From positions 10,912,001-10,976,000 of the forward strand of contig OZ024759.1 of assembly GCA_964016885.1 (NCBI GenBank): a stretch of 64,000 bases of DNA, in the 5' to 3' direction. Shown here one piece after another: positions 1 to 13,888 of the stretch. Made by a program: the position numbers and the translations under genes. Below the pieces are notes generated by a model that saw only the letters and a list, made by a program, of their open reading frames with translations, did no database searches and was not told where the DNA came from. How positions within the stretch are numbered: the stretch's first letter is position 1; every line of letters starts with the position of its first letter. The stretch comes from Eledone cirrhosa. Its lineage: Eukaryota.

Positions 1-177
1 AAACTGGAGCAATGTGAAATAAAGTGTCTTGTTCAAGGAAACAACACATTACCGGTCTGAGAATTGAACTCTCGACCTTTCGATTGCAAGGCCAATGCTC
101 TAACCACTAAGCCTGTATAAATATATATATATGTATCATCATCATCATCATCATCATATTACATCCGCTTTGTCCTG

Positions 178-225
<48 letters not shown>

Positions 226-438
226 ATACTAATAAGTTGACGGGACTAGCATGGGTTTCCCTGCTAGTACCAGTTGCATCTCAGCGTACTCAATAGGTAA
301 TGTTAAGTAAACTCCTAGAGTAGACACATGGTTATTCACTTTAACACAACACACATAAATGGGTACCTTCAATCTATACCCAAACTTCTGCCACACTTCA
401 TGCAGCAATAGAGTGTACAGCATCCACTGTGTGTCTGC

Positions 439-474
<36 letters not shown>

Positions 475-710
475 GTGAGGAAGCAAGGAAGGCCTGTCAA
501 AACCTGGTTGATGTTTGTGGATTAAGACGTGGCAGACATAAGTCTGGCCCTGGAATAGGCATGAGATAGGGCTTGTGACTATGTGGAATGGAGATCTCTT
601 GTCACCCAATGTTATATGGGGAGCAATGGGAAGCTAAAGAATACATATATCACCCATCTATTCATCTCTATCCCTACTATATATGTTTGTGTGTGTATAT
701 ATATATATAA

Positions 711-1310
711 TAGTGTTTTGCTTGAAAGCTACCACTATGAGAATTGGAGAGTAAAAGTTAAATGTTACTTTGTAGTTCTTTAAAGGTCTTTTATACTCAA
801 AAAGATTAAGAAGAAACTAGTTCAGAGTTGTATATTTTTCACTCTTAAGCTGCCATTTTGGGAAATTTAAAAGTGGTTTTTATCCTGAAATATAAAAGAC
901 CTATAAATATAATAGTGTTTCGTTTGAAAGCTACCACTATGAGAATTGGAGAGTAAAAGTTAAATGTTACTTTGCAGTTCTTTAAAGGTCTTTTATACTC
1001 AAAAAGATTAAGAAGAAACTAGTTCAGAGTTGTCTATTTGTCACTCTTAAGCTGCCATTTTGGGAAATTTAAAAGTGGTTTTTATTCTGAAATATAAAAG
1101 ACCTATATATATGATAGTGTTTCGTTTGAAAGCTACCACTATGAGAATTGGAGAGTAAAAGTTAAATGTTACTTTGTAGTTCTTTAAAGGTCTTTTATAC
1201 TCAAAAAGATTAAGAAGAAACTAGTTCAGAGTTGTATATTTGTCACTCTTAAGCTGCCATTTTGGGAAATTTAAAAGTGGTTTTTATCCTGAAATATAAA
1301 AGACCTATAA
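711..1310. repeat. Three tandem copies of an approximately 201-bp unit
   Basis: TAGTGTTT..GAAAGCTACCACTATGAGAATTGG recurs at about 711, 913 and 1114. Confidence 0.9.
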
Positions 1311-1444
1311 AAAAAAAAGCTACATAATTATTGTATTTTAACATTTACTGTCCAATTTACCTTGTGATAGTTTTTAAACGAAACATTTATCTCATTTTAC
1401 ACAATACTTCAAGTTAACCACTATACCCTCTTCTTATATATATA

Positions 1445-1779
1445 CTAGCAGAATGGCTCGGCGTTGCTCGGAATTTGCTCTAGGGTTCTTATATATTTGA
1501 TATATATTTATCCTTATCGAGCCTCGTGAAATAAATACATTTGTTTACATTTTGTTATTGTGTATGCAAAAATATCTGTACACGAATATATAAATATATA
1601 TATATATATTAAAATAACAGATTAAAGTTTAAGCAAAGAATTGCTGCTTTCACCCTTAACAGGATCTTCTGAAACTAGAAAATTAAATCTGTGAACGCAG
1701 AAATAAATATTTCGAAAAACATTGCACACTATATATATATATATATACGATATTAAACAAATGGAAACTATATTTATAT

Positions 1780-1828
<49 letters not shown>

Positions 1829-2129
1829 CACATATACATACACACACACACACATAGCGTCATAATGTCGTAATGCAGACAGATATAAGGGCACAATGTT
1901 ATATCTGTGTATCTATCTAAAAAGAAAGACTAAGAATTATAGAGAGAGATCGTTAAATCGCCTAATGCGGTCCCTAGGGCATTGAAAATTTGAAATTTTT
2001 TTTTGGCTCAAATCGCTTACAGGACCATAAGTATTACATGTGTAAAGTTTGAAAACAATCGGTTGGGTGGTTTTCGAGTTTTAGGGAATCAGACAGACAG
2101 ACAGACATTCTCTGTTTTAGATATATAGA
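1445..2129 (-). mobile_element. Non-autonomous Helitron-like element
   Basis: On -, starts A|TCTATATATC..(CTGT)n and ends CCGAGCAACGCCGAGCC..CTAG|T. This gives a TC start, subterminal hairpin, CTAG end and AT target. Confidence 0.65.
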
Positions 2130-2267
2130 TATATATATATTACATTTAAAATTATAGATGTCATGTTTGAGATAATCTCGAACATGCACCTCATCACCCC
2201 AAAAATAAGCTCAAAGAAAAATTCAAGGAATAAATCGGAGCCTTTAATCATTACAAAATAGTGAATG

Positions 2268-2301
<34 letters not shown>

Positions 2302-2373
2302 GTATATATATATATACATACATGTATACCTAATGATATTATTTGATATATATGTCGTTCACTACTTTGTATG

Positions 2374-2405
<32 letters not shown>

Positions 2406-3330
2406 TATATTTATAAAGTTTCCTTGAAGACCGACTGTGCGAAACCACAGCCAGTCTGAGAGCTGATGAGGTGCAATGATGTTTGTGTGATCTTCTCGTT
2501 TATTTTCTTTCTTTCTTCCTATCACTTCTGTGGGCCAACACACGTCTAGCCACTGATTTCTGTCCTTTGAGGTAAATTTTACCTGACACTGTCATTGACG
2601 ACATTTTGCTATTTTAACAGCTTTCTTGTGTTGAGTTCTCATTATTCTATGAATTCTATTTATTTATGTATGTGTGTGTGTATGTATATATATATACATA
2701 CACACACACACATACACACACACATACATATACATACACACACACACAAGTATATATATAAATATGTATATGATTAGAATGGTTGTTTTTCCTATAGGGA
2801 TAAAATGAAATCACAATCGCTGTTAAATAAGGTACTCAATACATTATTTAAAGAAATGACATATTTTACTTTAGATTGAAACAACTTCTACAGGACTAGC
2901 ACTGTTTCTTTTATCATCTGAGAACAATTGTCCTGCATGTGTTGTTTCTGTCTGAAATAAAAAGAAACCCTTACTCCCCTAATAAAAATCAAACAATTTA
3001 TATATTCAGAAACAGAAAAAGAAAAAATTATGTGTATAAATACAGAAATGACCAACAAAAAAAAGTGACTTTGTAAAGAAATACATTTGAAAGAAACAGA
3101 AATGGTTGTATGAAATAATTGGAAGAGTTTAGAGATATATAAAGGAAGATTTAAAACAAAAATAAAATAAACTTTTATTTTTCATCTTTTCCCTTCTTCG
3201 TCCCTGGCCCTCTTAAATAAATTAAAAAAACAAAACAAAACCAAAAAAATAATATACATAACAAAGAAAAGAAAATAAACATTCATAAACTTTCTTTTGA
3301 CAAATCATATTTGATTCCATTATATATGTA

Positions 3331-3367
<37 letters not shown>

Positions 3368-3368
3368 T

Positions 3369-3558
3369 GGTGGATTGGCAGTATCGGTAGAGGGTCGGAC
3401 GCCATGCTTTGCAGCAAAGAGTTACGGCCCTTTACGGTCTGAGTTCAAATTCCGCCAAGGTTAACTTTGCCTTTCATCCTCACGAGGTCGATAAAATAAA
3501 GTACCAGTAATGTACTGGGATAATTGCTGGCCTTGTGACAAAAGTAGAAACAATTATT
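3369..3558 (+). mobile_element. tRNA-derived SINE family 1 (about 190 bp). Other copies: 4127-4315, 4995-5190, 15268-15455, 22878-23060 (+); 14408-14602, 14703-14891, 40075-40200 (-)
   Basis: A-box-like TGGCAGTATCGG, B-box GAGTTCAAATYCC, body GCCTTTCATCCT..GGGTCGATAAAATAAAGTACCAG. Repeated many times in the window. Confidence 0.85.
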
Positions 3559-3964
3559 GACTAATCTTGAAAACAAAACAAAACAAAAAAACTCTTCATT
3601 CAGTTTCATCAAACATTCAAACATTTTTTATTTTATTTTCATTGTTTCATATTTTTGTTTGTTTTATTTTGTTTCAGGTTCATTGCAATCCTTTAAAAAA
3701 CCTCACATTTTTCTCATCTTTTTTTTACTCCAACCAGATATCTTTTGTTTTTTTGTTTTTTGTTTAGTTTTTTTTTGTTTTTTTTTCGGTTTATATTTTC
3801 ATGTTTTTTTTTTCGTTGCAGAAAAAAAAAATTAACGATTAAATTTTTATTCTACTTTTTATCAGATAATCTTGTTTGTTTGTTGTTGATGTTATTAACA
3901 GTGACTGTAGAATGAAGTATTGGCTGAGCCGTTAGAGCGTCAGACAAAAATACTTCGCTGTATG

Positions 3965-4510
3965 CAGTTATCCACCAGTATTCGCAGGTCTTACGTTCCT
4001 AGAGCACTTGCAAATAGTGAAAAACTGCGAATATTGGACGTGGTCTATAAAAATGGCTATAAATGTCAAAACATAACGTAAAATATAGGCTGGCAAATAC
4101 GGTTTATTGTTATTAATAATTTAGGACGGTGGATTGGCAGTATCAGTAGAGGGTCGGACGCCATGCTTTGCAGCAAAGAGTTACGGCCCTGTATGGTCTG
4201 AGTTCAAATCCCGCCGAGGTTAACTTTGCCTTTCGTCCTTACGGGGGTCAATAAAATAAAGTACCAGTAATACACTGGGATAATTGCTGGCCTTGTGCCA
4301 AAAGTAGAAACTTATTAATAGTTTAGTGTTAAAAAGCATGAAAAAACCTGAAAATATAAACCGAAAAAAAAAACTAAAAAAAAAAACAAAACAAAAAGTC
4401 ATTAAAAAATTGTGGAAAATACTTAAGATTCTACGAATATGTGGTGGTTTCCACGAACAATTATTAGTGAGGTTCTAAGGAAAATTCTGTGAATGCCCGG
4501 GGTATACTAT
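3965..4510 (+). mobile_element. Tigger/pogo-like MITE interrupted by a SINE
   Basis: Begins CAGTTATCCACCAGTATTCGCAGG. The body is the reverse complement of 63575-63912. Confidence 0.6.
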
Positions 4511-5215
4511 ATGATATATACTCAAATAGAAGCATGACCTATGTCTGAGAAATGGGCAAAAATCCAATCCTTATTTTCGTAGAATTTGAAGTTGGTAAAA
4601 ATTGTCAAAATATTGACCCCAAATATGTCGACACCCACATCTACCATTGATTTTTTTTCTTGGTTCCTTATATTTAAGTGTATACGGTAATTACAGCCCT
4701 TCATGTTCTAAGTCCAAATCCCTACTGAGGTCAACTTTGTTTTCCATCCTTCTGGGGTTGATAAAATAAAGTACTGGGAGGTGATCTTATTGACATTCCC
4801 TTCTCCTCAGGAAATTGCTGACCTTGTGCTTAAATTAGAAACCCCTGTTGACTGCAGCTGTGAAGGTATGTGGTGTAGTAGTTTAGGTATTCTGGACCCA
4901 GCTGTATCAGTTGGAGATGGTTCTGATGACCGACTGGAAGGAGTGTTTGAGGACTCTGCCCCCACAAACCTCTCAGGAATAAATGGGTGAAGAAGGATTG
5001 ATTGACAGAATTGGTAGAGCATCAGATAAAATGCCATTGTGGTATTAGTTCTGTGTCCTTATATTCTAGGGTTAACTTCGTCTTTCATCCTGACCAAGAC
5101 TAATAAAATAAAGTACCAGTCATATACTGAGGTTGGTTTCATCAACTTTGACCTTTCCCCTAATTTGCTGGCCATGTACATAAATTAGAAATTAATTATG
5201 TTTACTTTTGCCATT

Positions 5216-5245
<30 letters not shown>

Positions 5246-5246
<1 letters not shown>

Positions 5247-5862
5247 GAAGAGGGCGCTATAGAAGTGGTGGATAGCTTCCGGTACCTAGGAGATCAGGTT
5301 AGCATGGGAGGAGGGTGTTCCGAGGCCATAGTATCTAGAATAAGGACGGGTTGGAAGAAGTTTAGGGAGCTGCTTCCTCTGTTGACGAAGGGTTTCTCCC
5401 TGCGTACGAAAGGCCGGATGTATGATGCCTGTGTGAGGAGCGCAATGCTGCATGGTAGTGAGACATGGGCAGCAACTGCAGAGGACATGCGACGGCTGGA
5501 GAGAAATGAGGCAAGCATGCTCCGTTGGATGTGCGTGAACGACCCAGCATAAATGTGTTGAGAGAGAAACTGTGTCTGAGGGATAGAATGTAGTGTACGG
5601 GAGAGGAGACTGAGGTGGTATGGACATGTGATGCACATGGAGGATGACCGATGGGTGAAGAAGTGCCAGGAAATGCCAGTTGAAGGAAGACGTGGTAGAG
5701 GTAGACCACGAAAAACATGGGCGGAGGTGGTGAGAACAGACCTCAGATCATTGAAGCTCTCGGTGGAGAGATGCTGTGCTGAATAAGACCCGTCCCACCC
5801 TTGCAAGCAGGGAAAAGCGGATGATGATGATGATGATGACGATGACGACGACGACGATGATG
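5246..5862 (+). mobile_element. RTE-clade LINE 3' fragment with (GAT)n tail
   Basis: VDSFRYLG..RIRTGWKKFRELLP..MLHGSETW..LRWYGHVM..RGRPRKTW with stops. Tail CCCACCCTTGCAAGCAGGGAAAAGCGG(ATG)n. Confidence 0.88.
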
Positions 5863-6862
5863 AGGAGATATATATATATATAGAGAGAGAGAATGAGAAT
5901 TAGTTTCAGATGTTAAAGTCCTTTATTGATATTTCACGACAGTGGCCATGTAATTCTGTGCAACCAGTGTCATGATCTTATCAGACAGCTTCATTACCTA
6001 ATAAGGTTACATTCTCGAGGCAATCCCAACTAAAACAAGGGAATGGACAAAGATGATGTTTTTGAAGCCTTCACCCATCCCCTTATATATATACATATAT
6101 ATATATATATTATATATACATATATAGGGCATCCAGCTGTAGAAATCAAGCCAAATCAGTTCCTGTATGAGCAAGGCATGGTCAGCCGACCAGACACTGC
6201 CCACAACAGGACAACCCGTCTAACCCATGCTAGCGTGGAAGAACGGACGTAAAACGGTGATGATGATGATGAATATGGACAAAGGCAGGAAAATAATTGA
6301 ATACAGATAGCCCAATCTCATCAGTTGACTGCTAGAGGTAAATTTATGTGTGTGAGTGTAGTGACATTTTTTCACGCTCAGAGTTGCTGAAGCATGGAAC
6401 CAACTGCCTGCGTCAATTGTTAGCTGCCGAGACACTGCATCCTTTAAGACACTCATGCTTCCCGAAATACGCCAAAACTACACCTGATGTACCCCTTCCA
6501 TACACATGCACACGTGTGTATCATGACTCGTGCACTGTTCATTTTACTGATGTTTGTGCATTGCCCTATGTACTGTACATGCACTCTTTTGATGAGTTGT
6601 GGTGCACCTGGGCACTGTACACAATATTTCATTATTGTTATTGTTATTATATCATGACTCATACACTGTTCATTTTCATGACATTTGTACATTATTCTAT
6701 GTACTATACATGCACCTTTGATGAGTTGTAGTGCACCTGAGCACTGTACACAATAATTTCATTATTATTATTATTAAATATTTTAGGATGTTGAGTGCTT
6801 ATGTCAGGATACTCCAAAATCTACCAGTTACAATACCCTAACTTGTTGTCTACCTGCATATA

Positions 6863-6904
<42 letters not shown>

Positions 6905-8471
6905 CAAAGAGGGTGTGGTAAGATACCCGGTGAACCTTAACGCACCAGAGTACTCAATACTTAGGTTAGTAGAGTGGGTAATAGTAGCTCAGCCATTGGG
7001 GTTGTGACTCTTTATATATATCATAATCATCATCATTTTATGTCCACTTTTCCCTGCTTGCAAGGGTGGGACGGGAACTGATTCTGGCTTGATTTCTACA
7101 GCTGGATGCCCTTCCTAACACCAACCTCATTTACAGTGAGTGCTGGGTGCTTTTTTGCCGTGGCACCTCCACGACCACTTTGCAGTGGAATGATAGGGAC
7201 CCCAGCCCCTATAATCTCATTTTTACAGCTGAGTAAACTGGAGCAATGTGAAATAAAGTGTCTTGTTCAAGGAAACAACATATCACCCGGTCTGAGAATT
7301 GAACTCACAACCTTTCGATTGCAAGGCCAATGCCTCCATATCTCGCTTGCAATTGAGTGACATGGTAGTATGTACCATGCTTTCACTAAGGGTTTTAGGT
7401 GTCCCAGCAGTCACAGGCACCTTCCTCTTGATCCAGCTCAACATCCAGGATGTGAAAGTTGGAAGGAAAGAGAAACGGTTGCCCCAGCAGTTGACTGGTA
7501 TCTTAATTTATGGACCTTTAACCCTTTACCATTTACATTACTCTATATTTACTATTATATTTTCATATATCGAGTCTATGAGATTTACATTTTATTTATT
7601 TTGAGAACAATACCTTAACAGTATGTGTAGCTGGTTACAGCCAATTTGAACTGAAAGAGGCGAGAGAATTCTGGCTGGATATAGTCGGTTTAACATCAGT
7701 ATAAGTGGCTGGTTTCAACAGAGAAAGGTGAGAGAATTCTGGCTAGTTTAGCATCAGTATGGCTGGTTTGTTAGAGCCAGTTTGAACAGAAAAAGGTGAG
7801 AGGATTCTGGCTGGATATAGCCTGTTTAACATCAGTATGGGTGGCTGGTTTGAACAGAGAAAGGTGAGAGAATTCTGGCCAGTTTAACATCAGTATGGCT
7901 GGTTTGTTAGAGCCAGTTTGAACAGAAAAAGGTGAGAGAATTCTGGCTGGATATAGCCTGTTTAACATCAGTATGGGTGGCTGGTTTGAACAGAGAAAGG
8001 TGAGAGGATTCTGACTGGATATAGCCTGTTTAACATCAGTATGGGTGGCTGGTTTGAACAGAGAAAGGTGAGAGGATTCTGACTGGATATAGCCTGTTTA
8101 ACATCAGTATGGGTGGCTGGTTTAAATGCTAAAGGGTATGAAAGGCAATGACGTTTGAATACAGAAACTAGCAACAATGCTTCAATGACTCAGTCCAATC
8201 CATCATCATATTACTAATCAATGAACCATGAAATAGAAAAGAAACCTCTATTTGTAAGTAGTACCATGTGCTTTGTTGATTGGGATTGACACAATGATGA
8301 TTGTGGTAGTCATAGTAGTAAGGTTTGATGGTAATACATTGTAAGAAGGTCTAATTGATCAGATATAAGCTTTGATCAATAAAAGTTCAAATAGCTTTGT
8401 TGGTATGGACACTGAATATACATGGGTGAAAAAGAGCTGTTAATTGCATATTTAAACCTTTCACCATATTT

Positions 8472-9926
8472 TTAATGAAAGACACTGTCTATGTCATTAA
8501 CCCTTTCATTGCCATATTTCTAATGAAAGACACTGTCTATGTCATTAACCCTTTCATTGCCATATTTCTAATGAAAGACACTGTCTATGTCATTAACCCT
8601 TTCATTACCATATTTCTAATGAAAGACACTGTCTATGTCATTAACCCTTTCATTGCCATATTTCTAATGAAAGACACTGTCTATGTCATTAACCCTTTCA
8701 TTGCCATATTTCTAATGAAAGACACTGTCTATGTCATTAACCCTTTCATTGCCATATTTCTAATGAAAGACACTGTCTATGTCATTAACCCTTTCATTGC
8801 CATATTTCTAATGAAAGACACTGTCTATGTCATTAACCCTTTCATTGCCATATTTCTAATGAAAGACACTGTCTATGTCATTAACCCTTCCATTACCATA
8901 TTTCTAATGAAAGACACTGTCTATGTCATTAACCCTTTCATTGCCATATTTCTAATGAAAGACACTGTCTATGTCATTAACCCTTCCATTACGATATTTC
9001 TAATGAAAGACACTGTCTATGTCATTAACCCTTTCATTACCATAGTTATAATGAAAGACACTGTCTATGTCATTAACCCTACCATTACCATATTTCTAAT
9101 GAAAGACACTGTCTATGTCATTAACTCTTTCATTACCATATTTCTAATGAAAGACACTGTCTATGTCATTAACCCTACCATTACGATATTTCTAATGAAA
9201 TAAACTCCCTATATCATTAACCCTTTCATTACCATATTTCTAATGAAAGACACTGTCTATGTCATTAACCCTACCATTACCATATTTCTAATGAAAGACA
9301 CTGTCTATGTCATTAACCCTTTCATTACCATATTTCTAATGAAAGACACTGTCTATGTCATTAACCCTTTCATTACCATATTTCTAATGAAAGACACTTT
9401 CTATGTCATTAACCCTTTCATTACCATATTTCTAATGAAAGACACGGTCTATGTCATTAACCCTTTCATTGCCATATTTCTAATGAAAGACACGGTCTAT
9501 GTCATTAACCCTACCATTACCATATTTCTAATGAAAGACACTGTCTATGTCATTAACTCTTTCATTACCATATTTCTAATGAAAGACACTGTCTATGTCA
9601 TTAACCCTTTCATTACCATAGTTCTAATGAAAGACACTGTCTATGTCATTAACCCTATCATTACCATATTTCTAATGAAAGACACTGTCTATGTCATTAA
9701 CCCTTTCATTACCATATTTCTAATGAAAGACACTGTCTATGTCATTAACCCTTTCATTGCCATATTTCTAATGAAAGACACTGTCTATGTCATTAACCCT
9801 TTCATTACTATAGTTCTAATGAAAGACACTGTCTATGTCATTAACCCTATCATTACCATATTTCTAATGAAAGACACTGTCTATGTCATTAACCCTTTCA
9901 TTACCATATTTCTAATGAAAGACACT
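8472..9926 (+). repeat. 48-bp minisatellite (TAATGAAAGACACTGTCTATGTCATTAACCCTTTCATTACCATATTTC)n, about 30 copies
   Basis: Direct periodicity, also seen as a 16-aa period in the spurious ORF. Confidence 0.97.
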
Positions 9927-10197
9927 ACCTATGATTTTCTAAATCCTATTTCAATTTGTTGGTGGGGTGATGTTTGCAGGAGGTATTGCTTGCCATTGTC
10001 TGCAGATATACTGCAGTGTGCAGCTGAAACACCACTCTGATCTCACTATTGTCCTCAGCTTCTTCTCATCCTTCTCATCCTTTATCTAATTAATAATCCA
10101 AGCTCTTCCCATCCTTTTCCTCTCATTTATGGCATTTATAGTCCTTTCCAATACTGCTTTTCTCTACTCTGTTTGATCAATAAGTAATAACAAATTT

Positions 10198-10240
<43 letters not shown>

Positions 10241-10285
10241 ACACATACACGTGTGTGTGTGTGTGTATCAATATATGTATATACA

Positions 10286-10316
<31 letters not shown>

Positions 10317-10919
10317 TGTATCAATATATATATACACATACACGTGTGTATGAGTGTGTGTTAGCAAAATAGGAAGTGCATAAGACAAAGACAATGGAAA
10401 GACTGACAGTCCCTACTCCTGAGTCGATCTCTGGAAATCATATATATATATATATATCATCATCATCATCGTTTAACGTCCATCTTCCACACTAGCATGG
10501 GTTAGATGGTTTTGTTCCATTTGATGCGGAGACCGTGCCTTGCTCGCACCAAAGCGTCTCTGGCAATTTTTTTTTACAGCTGGATGCCCTTCCTAACACC
10601 AACCACATTTACAGTGTGGACTGCGAGCCTTTTCACCGTGTCTCCTACACGGCCACCTTACAATGTGGACTGTTGTGTCATCGACACAGTGGACGGAACA
10701 GGAGAGGGAGGATGGGGTAGGGTGTGGCGGTGGGGTGTACATTGAGTTAAGAGGTGTCTACAGACTAGGTTTATATGTAATGGTAGTCGGGTCTTCTGTA
10801 AAACTGCATGGCACCAAAGGTCTCAATCCAGTGTCATTGTCTTTGGGCAAGGTCAGTTTTTATCACTTCGTCCCAGGTTTTTCTTGGTCTACCCACTCTG
10901 CAGCTTCCATCAATGTTCA

Positions 10920-11377
10920 TTGAGGAGATGAGGAGGGACTGTGACAAGTGGAGAGATGCTGTGCTGAATAGGACCCGTCCAACCCATGCAAGCAGGAAAA
11001 AGTGGACGTAAAATGATGATGATGATGATGATGATGATATATATATATTAGAAAGTGAACAACATAACATATAACTGCTCCATTACCAAAGGTTTCTAGA
11101 TCCCAGACAATATTAAGCATCATCATCATCATCATCATCATTTTACATCCGCTCTTCCCTGCTTGCAAGGGTGGGACGGGTCTTATTCAGCACAGCATCT
11201 CTCCACTTGTCACGGTCCCTCGTCATCTCCACCGTGAGCTTCAGCGATCTGAGGTCTGTTCTCACCACCTCCGCCCATGTTTTTCGTGGTCTACCTCTAC
11301 CACGTCTTCCTTCAACTGGCATTTCTTGGCACTTCTTCACCCAGCGGTCATCCTCCATCACATGTCCATACCACCTG
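10920..11377. mobile_element. Two short RTE LINE 3' ends, tail to tail (10920-11038 on +, 11119-11377 on -)
   Basis: RDKWRDAVLN.TRPT motif and (ATG)n tails in opposite orientations. Confidence 0.8.
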
Positions 11378-11933
11378 TCTATAATATATATATATAAATA
11401 TCTGTTCTCTTTCGAATTACCTAACATATATATATATACGCATATATACATAATTTATGTATATATATATAATGTGTGTGTGTGTATATATATATACACA
11501 CACACATTATATATTGACGTACATGACCCTCAGATAAATGGAAAAAGATGAGTATTGCCGTACCTGTGTGTATATATATATATATACACACAGGTACGTG
11601 TATATATATATATATACACACAGGTACGTCAATACTCGTCTTTTTCCATTTATCTGAGGGTTCTAAACCCCACTATCAGGCTAAAATTCCTTTAGTCAAA
11701 AATACGGTGAAAGCTATTCTATTTTCTAATTTCAAACTTGCTCACTGTTTCAAAACATACTTACATATATATATATATATGTGCGTGTATGTGTGTATAT
11801 ATATATGTGTGTGTAGATATATATATATATGTGTGTGTGTATATATATATATATATCTATGTGTGTGTTTATATATATATGTATGTGTGTGTGTGTGTGT
11901 GTGTATATATATGTGTGTGTGTATATATATATA

Positions 11934-11980
<47 letters not shown>

Positions 11981-12114
11981 ATATATATTTTTGGATCCTA
12001 GACAATATTAATCATCATCATCATCATCATCATCATTTTACGTCCGCTCTTCTCTGCTTGCAAGGGTGGGACAGGTCCTATTCAGCACATCTCTCCACAT
12101 ATATATATAAAAAA

Positions 12115-12950
12115 GTGCAGGGCGATAAAAATAGATGGTAGCCACGGAGTAGGCAGACCCAGAAAAACCTGGGACGACTTGATAAATTCCGACCTCACAC
12201 ACTTGCACCTCTCCAAGACAATGTCACTGGACCGAGATCTTTGGCGCTACACAGTAATACAGAAGACCTGCCTTGCCTAAGTACTAAGCAAAACCTACAG
12301 TCAGTAGGCACCTCTAACAAAATACACCCCCGTCCCACTACCCCCACCCCATCCACACCACCCCCTTCAATGTAAAGTTATGTTGGTACCACAACATCCA
12401 GTCCGAAACAAATGAGGTCGTGTAGGTGACACGACAAAAAACACACACAGTCCACGCTGTAATGTGGCCGTGTAGGTAACACGGTAAAAACCCCCCAGTC
12501 CACTCTGTAAACGTGGTTGGTGTTAGGAAGGGCATCCAGCCGTAGAAAACCCGCCAGACGTGTAGGTGTCACGACAATAAAACACACAGTCCACGCTGTA
12601 ATGTGGCCGTGTAGGTAACACGGTAAAAACCTCCCAGTCCACTCTGTTAACGTGGTTGGTGTTAGGAAGGGCATCCAGCCGTAGAAAACCCGCCAGACGT
12701 GTAGGTGTCACGACAATAAAACACACAGTCCACGCTGTAATGTGGCCGTGTAGGTAACACGGTAAAAACCTCCCAGTCCACTCTGTTAACGTGGTTGGTG
12801 TTAGGAAGGGCATCCAGCCGTAGAAAACCCGCCAGACAGTCCTATATGAGCAAGACAACCAATCTTGCCTCAAGTGGGACAATTCCCGTCCAGACCCATG
12901 CTAGCGTGGAAAATGGACGTTAAACGATGATGATGATGATGATGATGATG
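12115..12950 (+). mobile_element. Composite non-autonomous retro-element with an internal triplicated segment of about 145 bp. Relatives: 10455-10900, 39368-39750, 53628-54210 (-); 32977-33505 (+)
   Basis: LINE-like RPRKTW remnant, then a C-rich block, then GGTGTTAGGAAGGGCATCCAGCCGTAGAAA and CCCATGCTAGCGTGGA..(ATG)n tail. Confidence 0.7.
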
Positions 12951-12959
12951 ATATATGAA

Positions 12960-13060
<101 letters not shown>

Positions 13061-13199
13061 ATCTATATATATATATGTGTGTGTGTGTGTATATATATGC
13101 GTGTATATATACACACAAACAAAACTGCAGCCAGGGGAAGATGAAGGCCAATTCAACCGCCTCCACTTGTATAAACATCAACAAACAATAATAACAACA

Positions 13200-13213
13200 G
13201 TTGCTATGACAAC
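13200..13213. promoter_or_regulatory. RFX X-box motif GTTGCTATGACAAC
   Basis: Near-palindromic X-box about 570 bp upstream of the putative promoter of a ciliary gene. Confidence 0.55.
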
Positions 13214-13425
13214 TCTGTTTATGAGAGAAAAAGAAGAAGAAAACTATATTACATCCTCTTCCCTGCCCCCTCTCTCTGGCCTTTGTATCTCTAGTTTTAC
13301 CTCCCCTTCCTCCTCCTTTTCTCTTCTCCCCCTCTCTTTATAACCATTATCTTTCTTATCCTCCCTTATTTCAGCACCACCACCATACATCTGTGTATGC
13401 TGTATGTGTGTGTATATGTATATGA

Positions 13426-13486
<61 letters not shown>

Positions 13487-13542
13487 TATATATATATACA
13501 ATGATATTAAATAAATGGAAAATATCTTTATAAAACCATATT

Positions 13543-13605
13543 TATTTTATTATATATATGTCAAGGGTACCAAGACACATTGTTACGCTTTCATCAGATA
13601 AAATA
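13543..13605 (-). ncRNA. Decayed hammerhead ribozyme (family A, GAAA changed to GACA)
   Basis: UAUUUUAU-CUGAUGA-AAGCGUAACAA ugugucUUGGUACCCUU-GACA-UAUAUA-UA-AUAAAAUA. Flanks are homologous to the 33.6 kb copy. Confidence 0.6.
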
Positions 13606-13768
13606 CAAAGTTTGTTTTATATATATATATGTATGCATGTGTATATATGTATATATGTATGTATGTGCGTTTGTATGTGTGTATATAAATTATCTAACAA
13701 AAACAAAAATGACATTTAGCGAAGGATTTCTAGTTGGTGGTGGTGGTGTTGGAGAAGGAGTTTAAAAA

Positions 13769-13888
13769 CGGAAGTGAGGAGTGCGCATGTCGGGTTTTAA
13801 AACATGGCGATGTCGCAAAGCGTTGTTGGAAACGGATGTTTATGAAAATGTCTTGGTCAAGGCGTGAGGTGCAACGGTGAGACCAGGG
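13769..13888 (+). promoter_or_regulatory. Putative INPP5E core promoter and non-coding first exon
   Basis: Small CpG-containing island with ETS-like CGGAAGTG (13769), NRF1-like TGCGCATG (13782) and YY1-like AACATGGCG (13801). It ends in a strong donor ggg/GTGAGT at 13889. The coding exon 10.6 kb downstream begins with an acceptor, so an upstream exon is needed. Confidence 0.55.

Noticed and set aside
1620-2960. Possible minus-strand exons of a divergent gene (MSSMTVS.. near 2605; acceptor-like sites near 1675 and 2951)
   Set aside because: Very short, no recognisable protein, and splice phases could not be joined convincingly.
5920-5990. Hammerhead-like stem followed by GAAA on the minus strand
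   Set aside because: Core reads CUGAUAAGAU rather than CUGANGA, and stem I could not be paired.
6290-6345. CUGAUGA plus a stem on the minus strand
   Set aside because: No GAAA or stem III/I half. At most a truncated relic.
8475-10040. MKDTVYVINPFITIFL repeat proteins (also 44586-45263)
   Set aside because: 48-bp minisatellite whose unit is a multiple of 3 and derives from a transposon end.
9975-10170. Purine-rich minus-strand segment resembling an exon
   Set aside because: Contains stops and resembles a decayed LINE 3' end.
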